Position numbers and translations under genes: made by a program | Part shown: positions 1 to 9,485 of the stretch, one piece after another | Position numbering within the stretch: position 1 is the first letter of the stretch | Layout of the letters: each line of letters opens with the position of its first letter | Assembly: GCA_963759415.1 (NCBI GenBank) | Contig: CAVWZG010000004.1 | Coordinates: 327,842 to 391,841, forward strand | Direction of reading: 5' to 3' | DNA: 64,000 nucleotides | Source of the DNA: an uncultured Verrucomicrobiae bacterium | Lineage (GTDB): Bacteria > Verrucomicrobiota > Verrucomicrobiia > Limisphaerales > Palsa-1400 | Notes under the pieces: model-generated | Databases searched by the model: none | Told to the model about the DNA's origin: nothing | The model's input: the letters and a program-made list of their open reading frames with translations, nothing else

Positions 1-1293
1 CTCCGAAACCCGATCCGGAGCATTGACTGTCCTGGGATGGCGCGAAAACCACGCCGCCACCAGGCAAAGCACAGTGCTGGCCACGCCCAAGGTTTGGATG
101 ACGCGCACGAAGGCGTCGAAGGGCTGCATCCGCACCAGAATGGGCGCCTGCCAGCATAGCGCGGCCGTGTAAGCCGGCGGCACCAGCACCAGCCAGAGCA
201 CGGCTTTGAAGCGCCCCCGCGCCAGGATGTTCTGCACCAAAACATTGGCCACCGTCAGCGGCAGCAGCGCCCACGCAAACCACGGCACCAGCGGGGACGC
301 CTTCCACATCTCAGGGTTGCCGATGTACATCAAATGCAGCGGTAGTTTCGGCAGCAGCGTGCAACCGATGCCCGCCAGCGCGCCGAACAGAATGGTCGCC
401 CACAACGTCAGGCCCAGACTGTCGCTTCGTTCGGAGCGGGCCACGTTTTTCGTCACCCGCGCAAACATCACCAGCGCCACCGGCGCGATGAACTGGATGA
501 TGGCAAAGCCCGTCAACATTGCCCCCCCGTACAAAGCCGTTTGCCGCGTGTCGTTGAAAAGACCCTGCACGAACAGCATGTCAATGCTCGACATCAGCAG
601 CACCGTTCCCAGACCCAGCGTCAGCGGCAGCGCCTCCCGCAGCCAGCCTTTCCAATCGAACGCGCCATCGGGGCGCGCGCTCCAAATCGAATACGTCAGC
701 CAGGCTCCGATGGAAATGGTGATCAGTTGCCCCGCCACCGCCGCGAACATCGCCGCCGCCGCCTTGCCGCTAAAACACAGGATGACCAGCAGCGTGACGC
801 CGAACCGCCCCACTCCGTCCGTGATCTGCAACCAGCCCAGGCCGAAAAACCGATGCTGCCCTTGCAGCACCCCCTTGGCCACGGGTATCCACAAACTGGT
901 CAGCCCAATGATCAGGGTAAAGTAAAGCGCGAAAGGATTCCTGACTTTAAACAAATGCAACAGCGGCCGCGTGGTGGCCAGGGCGATAACGGCGCAAACC
1001 GCCCACACCAGGAACGTGCCCAGCAGGACGGCGCGCGTGCTGGCGATTAAGCGGCGCTGTTCGTGGCCGCTGGTCACCGCCGCCGCCTGGCGGGCGAAGA
1101 TCGTTTGCAACGCCGCCGCCGGAATGCCGATGATGATCAACATCCGCAGCAAGGCAACGAAGGTCGAATACTCCTCCGCCCCCATCTTGCGGGCCACGGT
1201 ATGCACCATCGCCATCAAGATACCGCCCGCGAACGTGGCGATGACCATCCAACTGCTCTGCCGCAAAAAACCCGAATCTCGGTTCACGCTCAT
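1..1293 (-). CDS. Multi-pass membrane protein, candidate MOP-superfamily (Wzx/MurJ-like) polysaccharide flippase; C-terminus runs off the window
   Basis: Absent from the ORF track because there is no stop inside the window. My own translation of the minus strand from ATG 1293-1291 gives MSVNRDSGFLRQSSWMVIATFAGGILMAMVHTVARKMGAEEYSTFVALLRMLIIIGIPAAALQTIFARQAA... It stays open to nt 1 and has many hydrophobic spans. It starts 4 nt after the stop of the upstream M20 gene. The family call rests on pattern memory only. Confidence 0.5.
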   Translation of the reverse strand, partial: MSVNRDSGFLRQSSWMVIATFAGGILMAMVHTVARKMGAEEYSTFVALLRMLIIIGIPAAALQTIFARQAAAVTSGHEQRRLIASTRAVLLGTFLVWAVCAVIALATTRPLLHLFKVRNPFALYFTLIIGLTSLWIPVAKGVLQGQHRFFGLGWLQITDGVGRFGVTLLVILCFSGKAAAAMFAAVAGQLITISIGAWLTYSIWSARPDGAFDWKGWLREALPLTLGLGTVLLMSSIDMLFVQGLFNDTRQTALYGGAMLTGFAIIQFIAPVALVMFARVTKNVARSERSDSLGLTLWATILFGALAGIGCTLLPKLPLHLMYIGNPEMWKASPLVPWFAWALLPLTVANVLVQNILARGRFKAVLWLVLVPPAYTAALCWQAPILVRMQPFDAFVRVIQTLGVASTVLCLVAAWFSRHPRTVNAPDRVSE

Positions 1294-1297
1294 AACT

Positions 1298-2476
1298 TCA
1301 CGGCAGGGCGCGGAAAAATTTGAGCAGGCAGGCGGTGGCTCCTTCGAGCGATTTTGACCCGATCCATTCCTCGGCCGTGTGCGCCTGCGCAATGTCGCCC
1401 GGCCCGAACACAATGCTGGCCATGCCCGCCTGCGCCAGCACCGAAGCGTCGCAAAAATAATTGGCGCCCTCCGGAGATTTCTGCCGGGCGGCCTGAAGAA
1501 ACTCCCGCACCAGCGGCAATTTCGCGCTGGTCTCCATCGGCGGGCAGTTGCTGGATTTCGCGTCGGCGATCAGAGCCTGGAGCTTGTGCCGCCGGAGAAG
1601 CTCTTGCAGCTCACCGCGCACGGACTGCCATGTTTCGCCCGGCAAAGTCCGCCGGTCCACTGTGGCTTCGCACAACGCCGGCACAATGTTAGGTTGGCTG
1701 CCGCCATTGACCGAACCCACGCTGACAGTCGCGCACCCTAGCAACGGATGGCGCCGGCGTTGCAAGTGCCGCGAGTAATCGGTTTCCAGCACGTCCACGA
1801 CGCGCGCCATTTCATGCACCGCGTTGCGGCCCAAATGCGGACAGGAACCATGCGCGGCCTTGCCGCGAGTTTCCAGGCGCAGCCATAGACTGCCCTTGTG
1901 CGCCGTCACCACGTGCAAGCGGGTAGGTTCACCGACGATGGCCAAATCCGCCTTGAACCCGCTGGCCGCCAGCGCTCGCGAGCCGGCCTGGTCGTTCTCC
2001 TCATCGATCAACCCCGCGAAAATAATCTCCGTCCCGGCGGGCCGCCCCTTGTCGCGCGCCAGGGCCATGACCGCGCCGAGCATGGCGGCGACGGAACCCT
2101 TGGTGTCGCAAGCGCCGCGCCCATAAATCCGCCCGTGACGCAAGCGCGGCGAAAACTGGTCCGGCGAAAACGCCGCCACCGTGTCCATGTGCGGCGCCAG
2201 AAGGATGCGGCGTTGGATCGTGCCCGTGGGCGTAAGCCGGGCCAGCACGTTGCGTCTTCCAGGAAAAACTGTTTGCAGGTCAATATCCAGTCCGGCTTTG
2301 GCGGCGGTGGCGGCGAGGAAATCGGACATCCGAGCTTCGCCGGCGTCCCGATGGTTGACGGGCAGGAAAGCGGGATTGACGCTGGGCAAAGCAATGAGAT
2401 CGCACGCCAGTTTTTCAATTTCAGTCACCGACGAAGGGTAATCTTTAAACCTCACGGCGCAAGGCAAACTGTGCAA
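1298..2476 (-). CDS. M20-family metallopeptidase/deacylase (ArgE/DapE type)
   Basis: 392-aa ORF with M20 hallmarks: LLAPHMDTV, GRGACDTKGS, IDEENDQAGS, VTAHKGSLW and C-terminal FGPGDIAQAHTAEEW. Confidence 0.85.
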   Translation of the reverse strand: MHSLPCAVRFKDYPSSVTEIEKLACDLIALPSVNPAFLPVNHRDAGEARMSDFLAATAAKAGLDIDLQTVFPGRRNVLARLTPTGTIQRRILLAPHMDTVAAFSPDQFSPRLRHGRIYGRGACDTKGSVAAMLGAVMALARDKGRPAGTEIIFAGLIDEENDQAGSRALAASGFKADLAIVGEPTRLHVVTAHKGSLWLRLETRGKAAHGSCPHLGRNAVHEMARVVDVLETDYSRHLQRRRHPLLGCATVSVGSVNGGSQPNIVPALCEATVDRRTLPGETWQSVRGELQELLRRHKLQALIADAKSSNCPPMETSAKLPLVREFLQAARQKSPEGANYFCDASVLAQAGMASIVFGPGDIAQAHTAEEWIGSKSLEGATACLLKFFRALP

Positions 2477-2519
2477 TTCGTTCTTTGTTTGAATCGTCGC
2501 TTCTCATACAAAATATCCC

Positions 2520-3698
2520 ATGCGCAGCCAATTGACCGTCTTCGCCAAGACTCTTGCCCTTTGCCTTCCCATCGCTCTGTTTTTTGGAATCGAATCCGCC
2601 GCCGAAGACCTTGTGCCCCTTGAGCCTGGCACCGCGCCCAACTACTGGTGTACTTGGGGGGCGCAGAACGACATGTTCAGAGCCGGCGCCAAGGACCCCA
2701 AGGAAGGGGAAGGCGCCAACGGCGCCGAGCACGCCCGCGGGGAAATGAGCGAGCAGGCGGCATTGACGGCGGCGACTCCCATTTCGCCTTCATCGACATC
2801 GCAAAGCTTCTGTACCCGGCGCTGAAAATGGAGCACGTCCAACCCCGCGGCCCCTTCAACGGCGATTGGAAAAACGGCGGCATCGGACGCTTCGGCGCTT
2901 ACCAGTCCAACAGGCACGAAGCCCAGTGCCTGGAGCACACCGATGTCTTTCGCACCTACGATGTCACTCCGGCGCTCTCGCTGCCGACCACCCTCGACCG
3001 CGTCGCCGAGGCGTTGCCTTACGGCAACACGCACGCCGTCCGCGCCCTGATTAACGCCGAGGAAGAACTCTATCTTGCTGCAACGCTGGGCTGCACCATG
3101 GGCGTCATGCGTCATCCGCCAATGGATCTGCGCCAAGACACCCAAATCGCCGCTGGCTCGGCGCGCCTCCGGCATTGCCCACGCCGGATGGACGAGGTTG
3201 TGCGCGCGCTGCACTGGCAGCGCCTGGCCCCACCCTTTGTCAACTTCGCCGCCCAACCGCGTCCCGAAGACGCCACCCGGATCGATGAGAAAATCCTCGC
3301 CGACTCCTGGGACTTCAAGCGGGGCGACACCTGGAATCGCCGGGCGCTTTCCCAACGGCGCCGTCGCTGTGGCGGTGCAAGGCCGCACCGCTCCCGACAA
3401 GAATTGGACCTTCTCTCCCACCGACGTGAGCCTGGACATCGGCGCGGCGCGCGGCCCGATTGGCGTTTTCGGCCAGTATCGCAATCTGTGCCTGTCTTTC
3501 GCCGCGCCGCTGGGCAAAGTCCGCGTCCTCGCCCAGGATCTCGCCGGTGCCCAAGCTGAAGACATCACCGCCCAAGTGACTATCAAAGACGCCACGCTCA
3601 GGCTGCCCGGTCCCCTCCTCAAACGCGTCGGCCTCAGCGCCGCGACCAAGGGTGACATCTCCGATCCAGGTCTGGTGCTGGTAATCCGCCAAAAGTGA
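2520..3698 (+). pseudogene. Secreted protein of unassigned family (possibly glycoside-hydrolase-like) whose reading frame is broken twice
   Basis: ORF 2520-2825 opens with a signal peptide (MRSQLTVFAKTLALCLPIALFFGIESAA) followed by ...PNYWCTWGAQND. Protein-like sequence continues in the frame of ORF 2648-3559 from about 2770 (HFAFIDIAKLLYPALKMEHVQPRGPFNGDW...). It returns to the first frame from about 3340 (ORF 3075-3698: FPNGAVAVAVQGRTAPDKNWTFSPTDVSLDIG...). Confidence 0.45.
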
Positions 3699-3808
3699 GC
3701 CTGCCGTGTCAATTCTTCAAACCCATTCCCTTTTCCGGGCTTGCCCCATTCACGGAATTGACCCAAGCTCACGCCCAATTACGACCGTTAAAGCGAAAGG
3801 AATTCTAA

Positions 3809-5725
3809 ATGCGTTTATTTTCGGTGTTTCTTCCGGTGTTCAGCGCCCTGGCTTGCGCCATGGCTGAGGTCAATTACCAGCCTTTGGTTCCGCAAACACT
3901 CATGCCCGACGGAACTCCATTTCTCACCTGGAGCGATACGACGCATTACACCCGAACTTACCACGTCAGTCGCAACAACCCGCAGGCTTCCGACGAAAAT
4001 GACGGGACGGAACAACACCCCTTCCGCACCATCAATCACGCCGCGCAAATTGTGAAAGCAGGCGAGCGCGTCTGCATCCACGCTGGCATTTACCGGGAGT
4101 TGGTGCGCCCGCGCTTTTCGGGCGAGGGGCAAGACCGGATGATTGCTTATGAAGCCGCGCCGGGCGAAGAGGTGATTATTCGCGGCTCGCGGGTCATCAC
4201 CACGACGTGGAAACTGGCAGTCGATCCTCGCTATGACACGCCAAACCCCAAAGACGGCACGAGCGAAAAGGAAAGGCGCACTTTCCCCGCCCACATCTAT
4301 TCCAAGCAACTCTGGATGACGACGCTGCCGGATAATCTGTTCGAAGACGGTTATTTTCCCTTCCGAACACCCAATGCCAACGAGGACGAACTGGCGCTGA
4401 TGCCCTGGGCCGTGAAGTGGAAGGAGCGCATCCCCTATTCGCTGCCGCGCGGATTGCTCTTTCAGGAAGGGCGGCGGATGGCGCAATTGTCCACCTTCGA
4501 AGACCTCGTCAAACTGCCCGGTTCTTACTGGGTCGCGCCCGACGGCAAGACGGTGCGAATCCATCCCTATGATGGCGGCAATCCCAATGGCCGCCTCTTT
4601 GAAGCCGCCGTGCAACCACATCTCATTCAGCCCCAAACTCAGGGCCTAGGCTTCATCCGCGTCAGCGGTTTGATTTTGGAGCATTGCGCCAACAGCTTCC
4701 TGCGCACAGGCGTCGGCGCGCTCTTTCCCATGGGCGGACATCATTGGATCATCGAGGGAAACATCGTGCGGCACATCAACTCGGTGGGAATCGAGGTTGG
4801 TGATCAGGCCTATGAAGACCGTGATCCCCGCCTCTCCCGGACCCAGGGTCAGGATTGGCGCAATGAGCAGGGCTTGGGTCACAATATCGTGCGGCGCAAT
4901 AGAGTCTCCGATTGCGGCACCGCTGGCATCCGCGGTTTCCCTGTGCCGCACGCGCTGGTCGAGGACAATGATGTCCAGTATTGCGGCTGGCAGGACGCCG
5001 AGTTCCACTGGGAGGTGGCCGGGATCAAATTGTTGATTACCCGTGGCTCCCTCGTCCGGAACAACCACATTGCGCACATCCTAGGCGGCGCGGGCGTCTG
5101 GCTGGATTGGGACAACCGCAACTCGCGCATCACAGGCAATGTGCTGCGCGAGATCAGCGGCGCCAACGGCGGCATTTACATCGAGGCCTCACAAAAGGAG
5201 AACATGATCGATCATAATGTCTTGTGGAATATCGATGGGATCGGCGTGCGTTTGTGTGATACGGACAACGTCACCGTCGCCCACAACTTGCTGGCGCGCG
5301 TGGCCGAGGAACTGGTCATGTGCAGGGTGGCCGGCGAGCGCAAGTTGGGCGGGCGCAAAGTTACTTCGAATCGAAATCGAGTCTTCAACAACTTGATCGT
5401 GGACGAGGGGAAACCGATTCTGTTCGACGACCCCAGCAATGTGGCGGATTACAACGTCTATGTATCCACCCAGGCCGGCCAAGCCGACATGACAAACTCC
5501 GGCCCGCACTCGGTTGCGATGCCCGGGGAAATGGCCTTCGACGGCGACAAATTGCTACTGACGTGGAAATCCGTCTCGCGGCTGCCCGCGGCGCCCATGA
5601 TGACGAACTGCGAGTGCGACTTTTTCGGGCGCGAGCGAACACCGGAAGCGACGATTGCCGGGCCGTTTCAGGCCTTGGCAACCTCGGCCACGTTGGAACT
5701 GCGAAAAACAGAAGCAGCCCGATAA
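3809..5725 (+). CDS. Secreted right-handed parallel beta-helix repeat protein (polysaccharide lyase/hydrolase-like)
   Basis: Signal peptide MRLFSVFLPVFSALACAMA. N-terminal HPFRTINHAAQIVKAGERVCIHAGIYRE segment, then repeated beta-helix coils (NNHIAHILGGAGVWLDWDNRNSRITGNVL; HNVLWNIDGIGVRLCDTDNVTVAHNLL). RBS-like GAAAGGAA lies upstream. Confidence 0.7.
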   Translation: MRLFSVFLPVFSALACAMAEVNYQPLVPQTLMPDGTPFLTWSDTTHYTRTYHVSRNNPQASDENDGTEQHPFRTINHAAQIVKAGERVCIHAGIYRELVRPRFSGEGQDRMIAYEAAPGEEVIIRGSRVITTTWKLAVDPRYDTPNPKDGTSEKERRTFPAHIYSKQLWMTTLPDNLFEDGYFPFRTPNANEDELALMPWAVKWKERIPYSLPRGLLFQEGRRMAQLSTFEDLVKLPGSYWVAPDGKTVRIHPYDGGNPNGRLFEAAVQPHLIQPQTQGLGFIRVSGLILEHCANSFLRTGVGALFPMGGHHWIIEGNIVRHINSVGIEVGDQAYEDRDPRLSRTQGQDWRNEQGLGHNIVRRNRVSDCGTAGIRGFPVPHALVEDNDVQYCGWQDAEFHWEVAGIKLLITRGSLVRNNHIAHILGGAGVWLDWDNRNSRITGNVLREISGANGGIYIEASQKENMIDHNVLWNIDGIGVRLCDTDNVTVAHNLLARVAEELVMCRVAGERKLGGRKVTSNRNRVFNNLIVDEGKPILFDDPSNVADYNVYVSTQAGQADMTNSGPHSVAMPGEMAFDGDKLLLTWKSVSRLPAAPMMTNCECDFFGRERTPEATIAGPFQALATSATLELRKTEAAR

Positions 5726-5749
5726 TTGGTGCAGAGAAAGGAAATTAAG

Positions 5750-7666
5750 ATGCGTTTCATTAAGATGGTTCTTCCGGTGTTCAGCGCCCTGGCTTGCGCC
5801 ATGGCCGAGGTCAATTACCAGCCTGTGGCCCCGCGAACGCTCATGCCCGACGGCACGCCATTTTTGAGCTGGAGCGACGTCACTCACTACACGCGCACCT
5901 ACCACGTCAGCCAAAACAACCCGCAGGCTTCAGACAACAATGACGGGACAGCAGCGCATCCATTGCTGACCATCAACCACGCCGCGCAAATTGTGCAAGC
6001 GGGCGAGCGGGTCTGCATCCACGCCGGCATTTACCGGGAAATGGTGCGCCCGCGCTTTTCCGGCGAGGGGCAGGACCGGATGATTGCCTACGAAGCCGCG
6101 CCGGGCGAACAGGTGATCATTCGCGGCTCGCGGGTCATCACCAACAAGTGGGCCTTGTCGTACGATCCCCATGAACCGCGCAACGCCCCACAGGACACAA
6201 ACGAATCCGTAAAGCCGGATTTCCACGGGTTGACTTATTCGAGGCAACTCTGGATGACAACGCTGCCGGACAGCATGTTCGACGACGGCTACTTTCCGTT
6301 CCAATTGCCCAATTGCAGTGACAAGGAATTCGACCTGATGCCCTGGGCGTTGAGGTGGAAAGGGCGCCTTCCTTATACGCTGCCGCGCGGTTTGCTGTTT
6401 CAGAAAGGACGCCGCCTGGCGCAATTGTCCGCTTACGAAGACCTCGTGCGCCTGCCCGGTTCCTACTGGGTCGCGCCCGGCGGCAAGACGGTCCACATTC
6501 ATCCCTTCGGCGGCGTCAACCCGAACAGCCAGCTTTTCGAAGCGGCCGTGCAACCGCACATCATTGAGCCGCAGACTCAAGGTTTGGGCTTCATCCGGAT
6601 AAGCGGGTTGGTTCTGGAACATTGCGCCAATGGGTTTTTACGCACCGGAGTCGGAACGCTCTTCATCATGGGCGGGCATCACTGGATTATTGAGGGAAAC
6701 ACAGTGCGGCATGCCAATTCGGTGGGAATCGAACCGGGCGATGACAGCTATGAACCGGGCGACCCCCGCTTTGTTCGCCGCGCGAATCGTGATCCGGGTT
6801 ACAACATTGTCCGGCGGAATTGTGTCTCCGATTGCGGCACGGCGGGAATCCGCGGCCACAGAGTGTCGCACGCGCTGGTGGAGGACAATGACATCGTTGA
6901 TTGCGGATGGCAGGACGCCGAGTTTCACTACGAGGTGGCGGGAATCAAATTGCTGCGCAATATCGGAACCCTGGTGCGGAACAACCACATCGCGCACTTG
7001 CAGGGTTCTTGCGGAATTTGGCTGGATTGGGACAACAAGAATTCTCGTGTCACAGGCAACGTGATTCATGACATCAGCACGGCCCAGAGCGCCATCTTCA
7101 TCGAAGCCTCGCAAACGACCAATCTGGTGGATAACAACGTCATCTGGAACATCAACGGCCAGGGCGTGCGCCTGGCCGACACCGACAACTCCATCGTCGC
7201 GCACAACTTGTTCGGACACGTATCCGAGGACGTGGTAGTCGCCAAGGTGGCCACCGATCGTTCGTCACACGGGCGCAAACTTACCGCCACGGGGAATCGA
7301 ATTATCAACAATGTCTTCGTGGACTGCGACAAACCCGTTGCGGCCAATGATCCCAGCAACGAGGTGGACAACAACGTCTATGTGTCCACCCAGGCCGGTC
7401 AAGTTGCCGCGAAAGACTCCGGCCAGCACTCGGTTGCGATGGCCGGGGACATCACCTTCGACGGGGACCGATTGCGACTCTCGTGGAAATCGGACGCGCT
7501 GCTTCCCGTGGCGCCATTTTGGCAGAATTGCGACTTGGATTTCCTTGGTCTGGCGCGAACGGCGCAACAGAACGTGCCCGGTCCGTTTCAGGGATTGGCC
7601 AACCGGCGCCATTACACCTGCGCCATCGATTGGAAATGGGTTTCGAAAGCAGCCGTGGTTCGTTAA
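5750..7666 (+). CDS. Secreted right-handed parallel beta-helix repeat protein, tandem paralogue of 3809-5725
   Basis: Collinear with the upstream protein along its whole length (MRFIKMVLPVFSALACAMAEVNYQP... versus MRLFSVFLPVFSALACAMAEVNYQP...). I chose ATG 5750 over the track's TTG 5726 because it aligns with the paralogue's start and follows GAAAGGAAATTAAG. Confidence 0.7.
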   Translation: MRFIKMVLPVFSALACAMAEVNYQPVAPRTLMPDGTPFLSWSDVTHYTRTYHVSQNNPQASDNNDGTAAHPLLTINHAAQIVQAGERVCIHAGIYREMVRPRFSGEGQDRMIAYEAAPGEQVIIRGSRVITNKWALSYDPHEPRNAPQDTNESVKPDFHGLTYSRQLWMTTLPDSMFDDGYFPFQLPNCSDKEFDLMPWALRWKGRLPYTLPRGLLFQKGRRLAQLSAYEDLVRLPGSYWVAPGGKTVHIHPFGGVNPNSQLFEAAVQPHIIEPQTQGLGFIRISGLVLEHCANGFLRTGVGTLFIMGGHHWIIEGNTVRHANSVGIEPGDDSYEPGDPRFVRRANRDPGYNIVRRNCVSDCGTAGIRGHRVSHALVEDNDIVDCGWQDAEFHYEVAGIKLLRNIGTLVRNNHIAHLQGSCGIWLDWDNKNSRVTGNVIHDISTAQSAIFIEASQTTNLVDNNVIWNINGQGVRLADTDNSIVAHNLFGHVSEDVVVAKVATDRSSHGRKLTATGNRIINNVFVDCDKPVAANDPSNEVDNNVYVSTQAGQVAAKDSGQHSVAMAGDITFDGDRLRLSWKSDALLPVAPFWQNCDLDFLGLARTAQQNVPGPFQGLANRRHYTCAIDWKWVSKAAVVR

Positions 7667-7669
7667 AAA

Positions 7670-8355
7670 TTAGAGCGCAAAAAGGCTTGCCCGCCAAATG
7701 CAGAATAGCAACCCGACGCGGCTGTCGATGCCATTAGAGGCAATGAGCAATGCGATAAAAACGAACAGGACCGGAATTCCATTTTGGGAAGGCTTGAGCT
7801 TGTGATGTTTTCGTCAAACGCTTCTTGTGCCGAGTCTCCCGGCTTTTTGAATTCAAGCACCACAAGCGGCAGGCCGTTGACAAAGCGCACGATGTCCCGG
7901 CGGCAGGTGTAAAGCGGGCCGGCAAAGGAGATTTGTCGTACTGCCAGGAAATCGTTGGCTGTCGGATCTTGCCAATCAATCACGCGCGGTCGTTCCGTCT
8001 TCTGACCGCCGCGTTCACGATCCGGCATGAAAACTTTAACGCCTTCCTTGAGTAATAAATAAACCTCGCGTTTCGCCTGCTCTGGCAGCATGGCCGAACG
8101 GTCGCGGGTCAATTCATCCTCGGCGGCGGTGATGGCCTCCGCCGGCAACGCCGGATTCAACAGCCTCAATGCCGCGCGCAACCGGGAAACCAATACCACC
8201 TCGCCCGGCGTCTCGCGTCCGAGCGTGCCGCCCTCACCAAACACTTCTTCCAACGCCGACACCGTTTGCCAGCCAATCTCCCCAAACAACCCGATGGCGC
8301 GGTGCTCGACAAGCTGGTCTTCGGTGTAAGGGTGGGCGCTCATCGAAGGGGTCAA
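7670..8355 (-). pseudogene. hsdR: Type I restriction enzyme R subunit (HsdR), N-terminal about 215-aa remnant, frameshifted and truncated
   Basis: ORF 7663-8355 reads ...YTEDQLVEHRAIGLFGEIGWQTV...VDWQDPTANDFLAVRQISFAGPLYTCRRDIVRFVNGLPLVVLEFKKPGDSAQEAFDENI, which is typical of an HsdR N-terminus. My own translation of a third minus frame from about 7795 continues with IPVLFVFIALLIASNGIDSRVG (the HsdR ...SNG... motif), then stops at 7672-7670. The helicase domains are absent. Confidence 0.65.
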
Positions 8356-8476
8356 ATTGGGAAAAATGAGAGCTTGTCGCCAAGCTGCAAATATGGTTTA
8401 TTTGTTATGGAGGCTCGGCTGCGAGTAACCTTTGCTCTCTTGGAGTGGGGGGGACTCAAAAGCATTGTCTCCTTTT

Positions 8477-9361
8477 TCATTTTCGAGGGATGAACAGGTC
8501 TGGCACGCACACGATACCGAAGCTTCGGTAAGTCTTTATGCCATCATAACCCTCGCCAATCCATTTGAGCTTTTCGATGCGAGGGCCATAGCGTGTTTCA
8601 ATTTCCGGCCGGGTCGGCGCGGTCATTTCCGCCGTATGCCGATAACCCCAATTCAGCGCGTAGATGACCACATCCGCCAACTGAACTGGCAAGGCCATGT
8701 CTGACGAAACGAAGAAAGGCGACGGCACAATCCATCGCGAGCGATCCCGTCCGTTGGCCGTCTTAACGAAATAATCATGCAGGCGTTGCACGAAACGCCG
8801 GTCTTCTGTTTTCTCCACTTCATCCATCACCAGCAACCCCATTTGGCGTTCCCGCTCCAGAAAATAAAAGAACCGCTCCAGCAGAAAAGTGTGATCCTTG
8901 CGCAGGATGTCCGGCGGCGGCGGTACGCCCGCCGGCGGCTTGGCCGTACCGCGTGGCACGGCAGAGGCGAAAATCAGCGCCTTGTGCCGCTCCAATAAAA
9001 CAAAAATTCCATCCGCCATCCGTAGCGATGCCTGACCGTAGGCCGTAAGTTGCTCACGCGTAGGTGGGCGCTTCTCCAACCCCGCTTGCAGCAGCGCCCG
9101 GCAAAGATGCTGGCGTTTCACATTCTCAATCTCCGGCATCTGCGCGGCGTGCTCAAAACGGTCCTTCGACATCAGCTTCATCCCTTTCACCTCCGACTTG
9201 TAATCCGCCAACCGCGCACCGAAGCACGACAATTCGAGCCGGAGTACGTCTTGGACGAATGGCCAGAGATGCGTGTCCACCAGCGCGTAACCGCCGCGCA
9301 CTTCATAGGGCAATTCCTTATGGCTGTGTCCGCTCTCGTCCATGAAAAGCAGCCAAGCCAC
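8477..9361 (-). CDS. DUF3800-like protein
   Basis: The N-terminal LLFMDESGHS motif and C-terminal LPVQLADVVIYALNWG match the DUF3800 pattern as I remember it. The start is uncertain: GTG 9361, ATG 9343, or upstream ATG 9550, which would overlap the preceding gene by 65 nt. Confidence 0.5.
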   Translation of the reverse strand: MAWLLFMDESGHSHKELPYEVRGGYALVDTHLWPFVQDVLRLELSCFGARLADYKSEVKGMKLMSKDRFEHAAQMPEIENVKRQHLCRALLQAGLEKRPPTREQLTAYGQASLRMADGIFVLLERHKALIFASAVPRGTAKPPAGVPPPPDILRKDHTFLLERFFYFLERERQMGLLVMDEVEKTEDRRFVQRLHDYFVKTANGRDRSRWIVPSPFFVSSDMALPVQLADVVIYALNWGYRHTAEMTAPTRPEIETRYGPRIEKLKWIGEGYDGIKTYRSFGIVCVPDLFIPRK

Positions 9362-9485
9362 TTTTAGTTTCCCTTCTCCATGCTTTGCGTCGCCTTCGCC
9401 ACCGCCACCTGCCCTGACAGCAGGCGCCGTAGCAGCAGGTCGCGCATCCGGCGGAGGTTTTGGGTTTGGCTTGTCAGGTTGGCGT

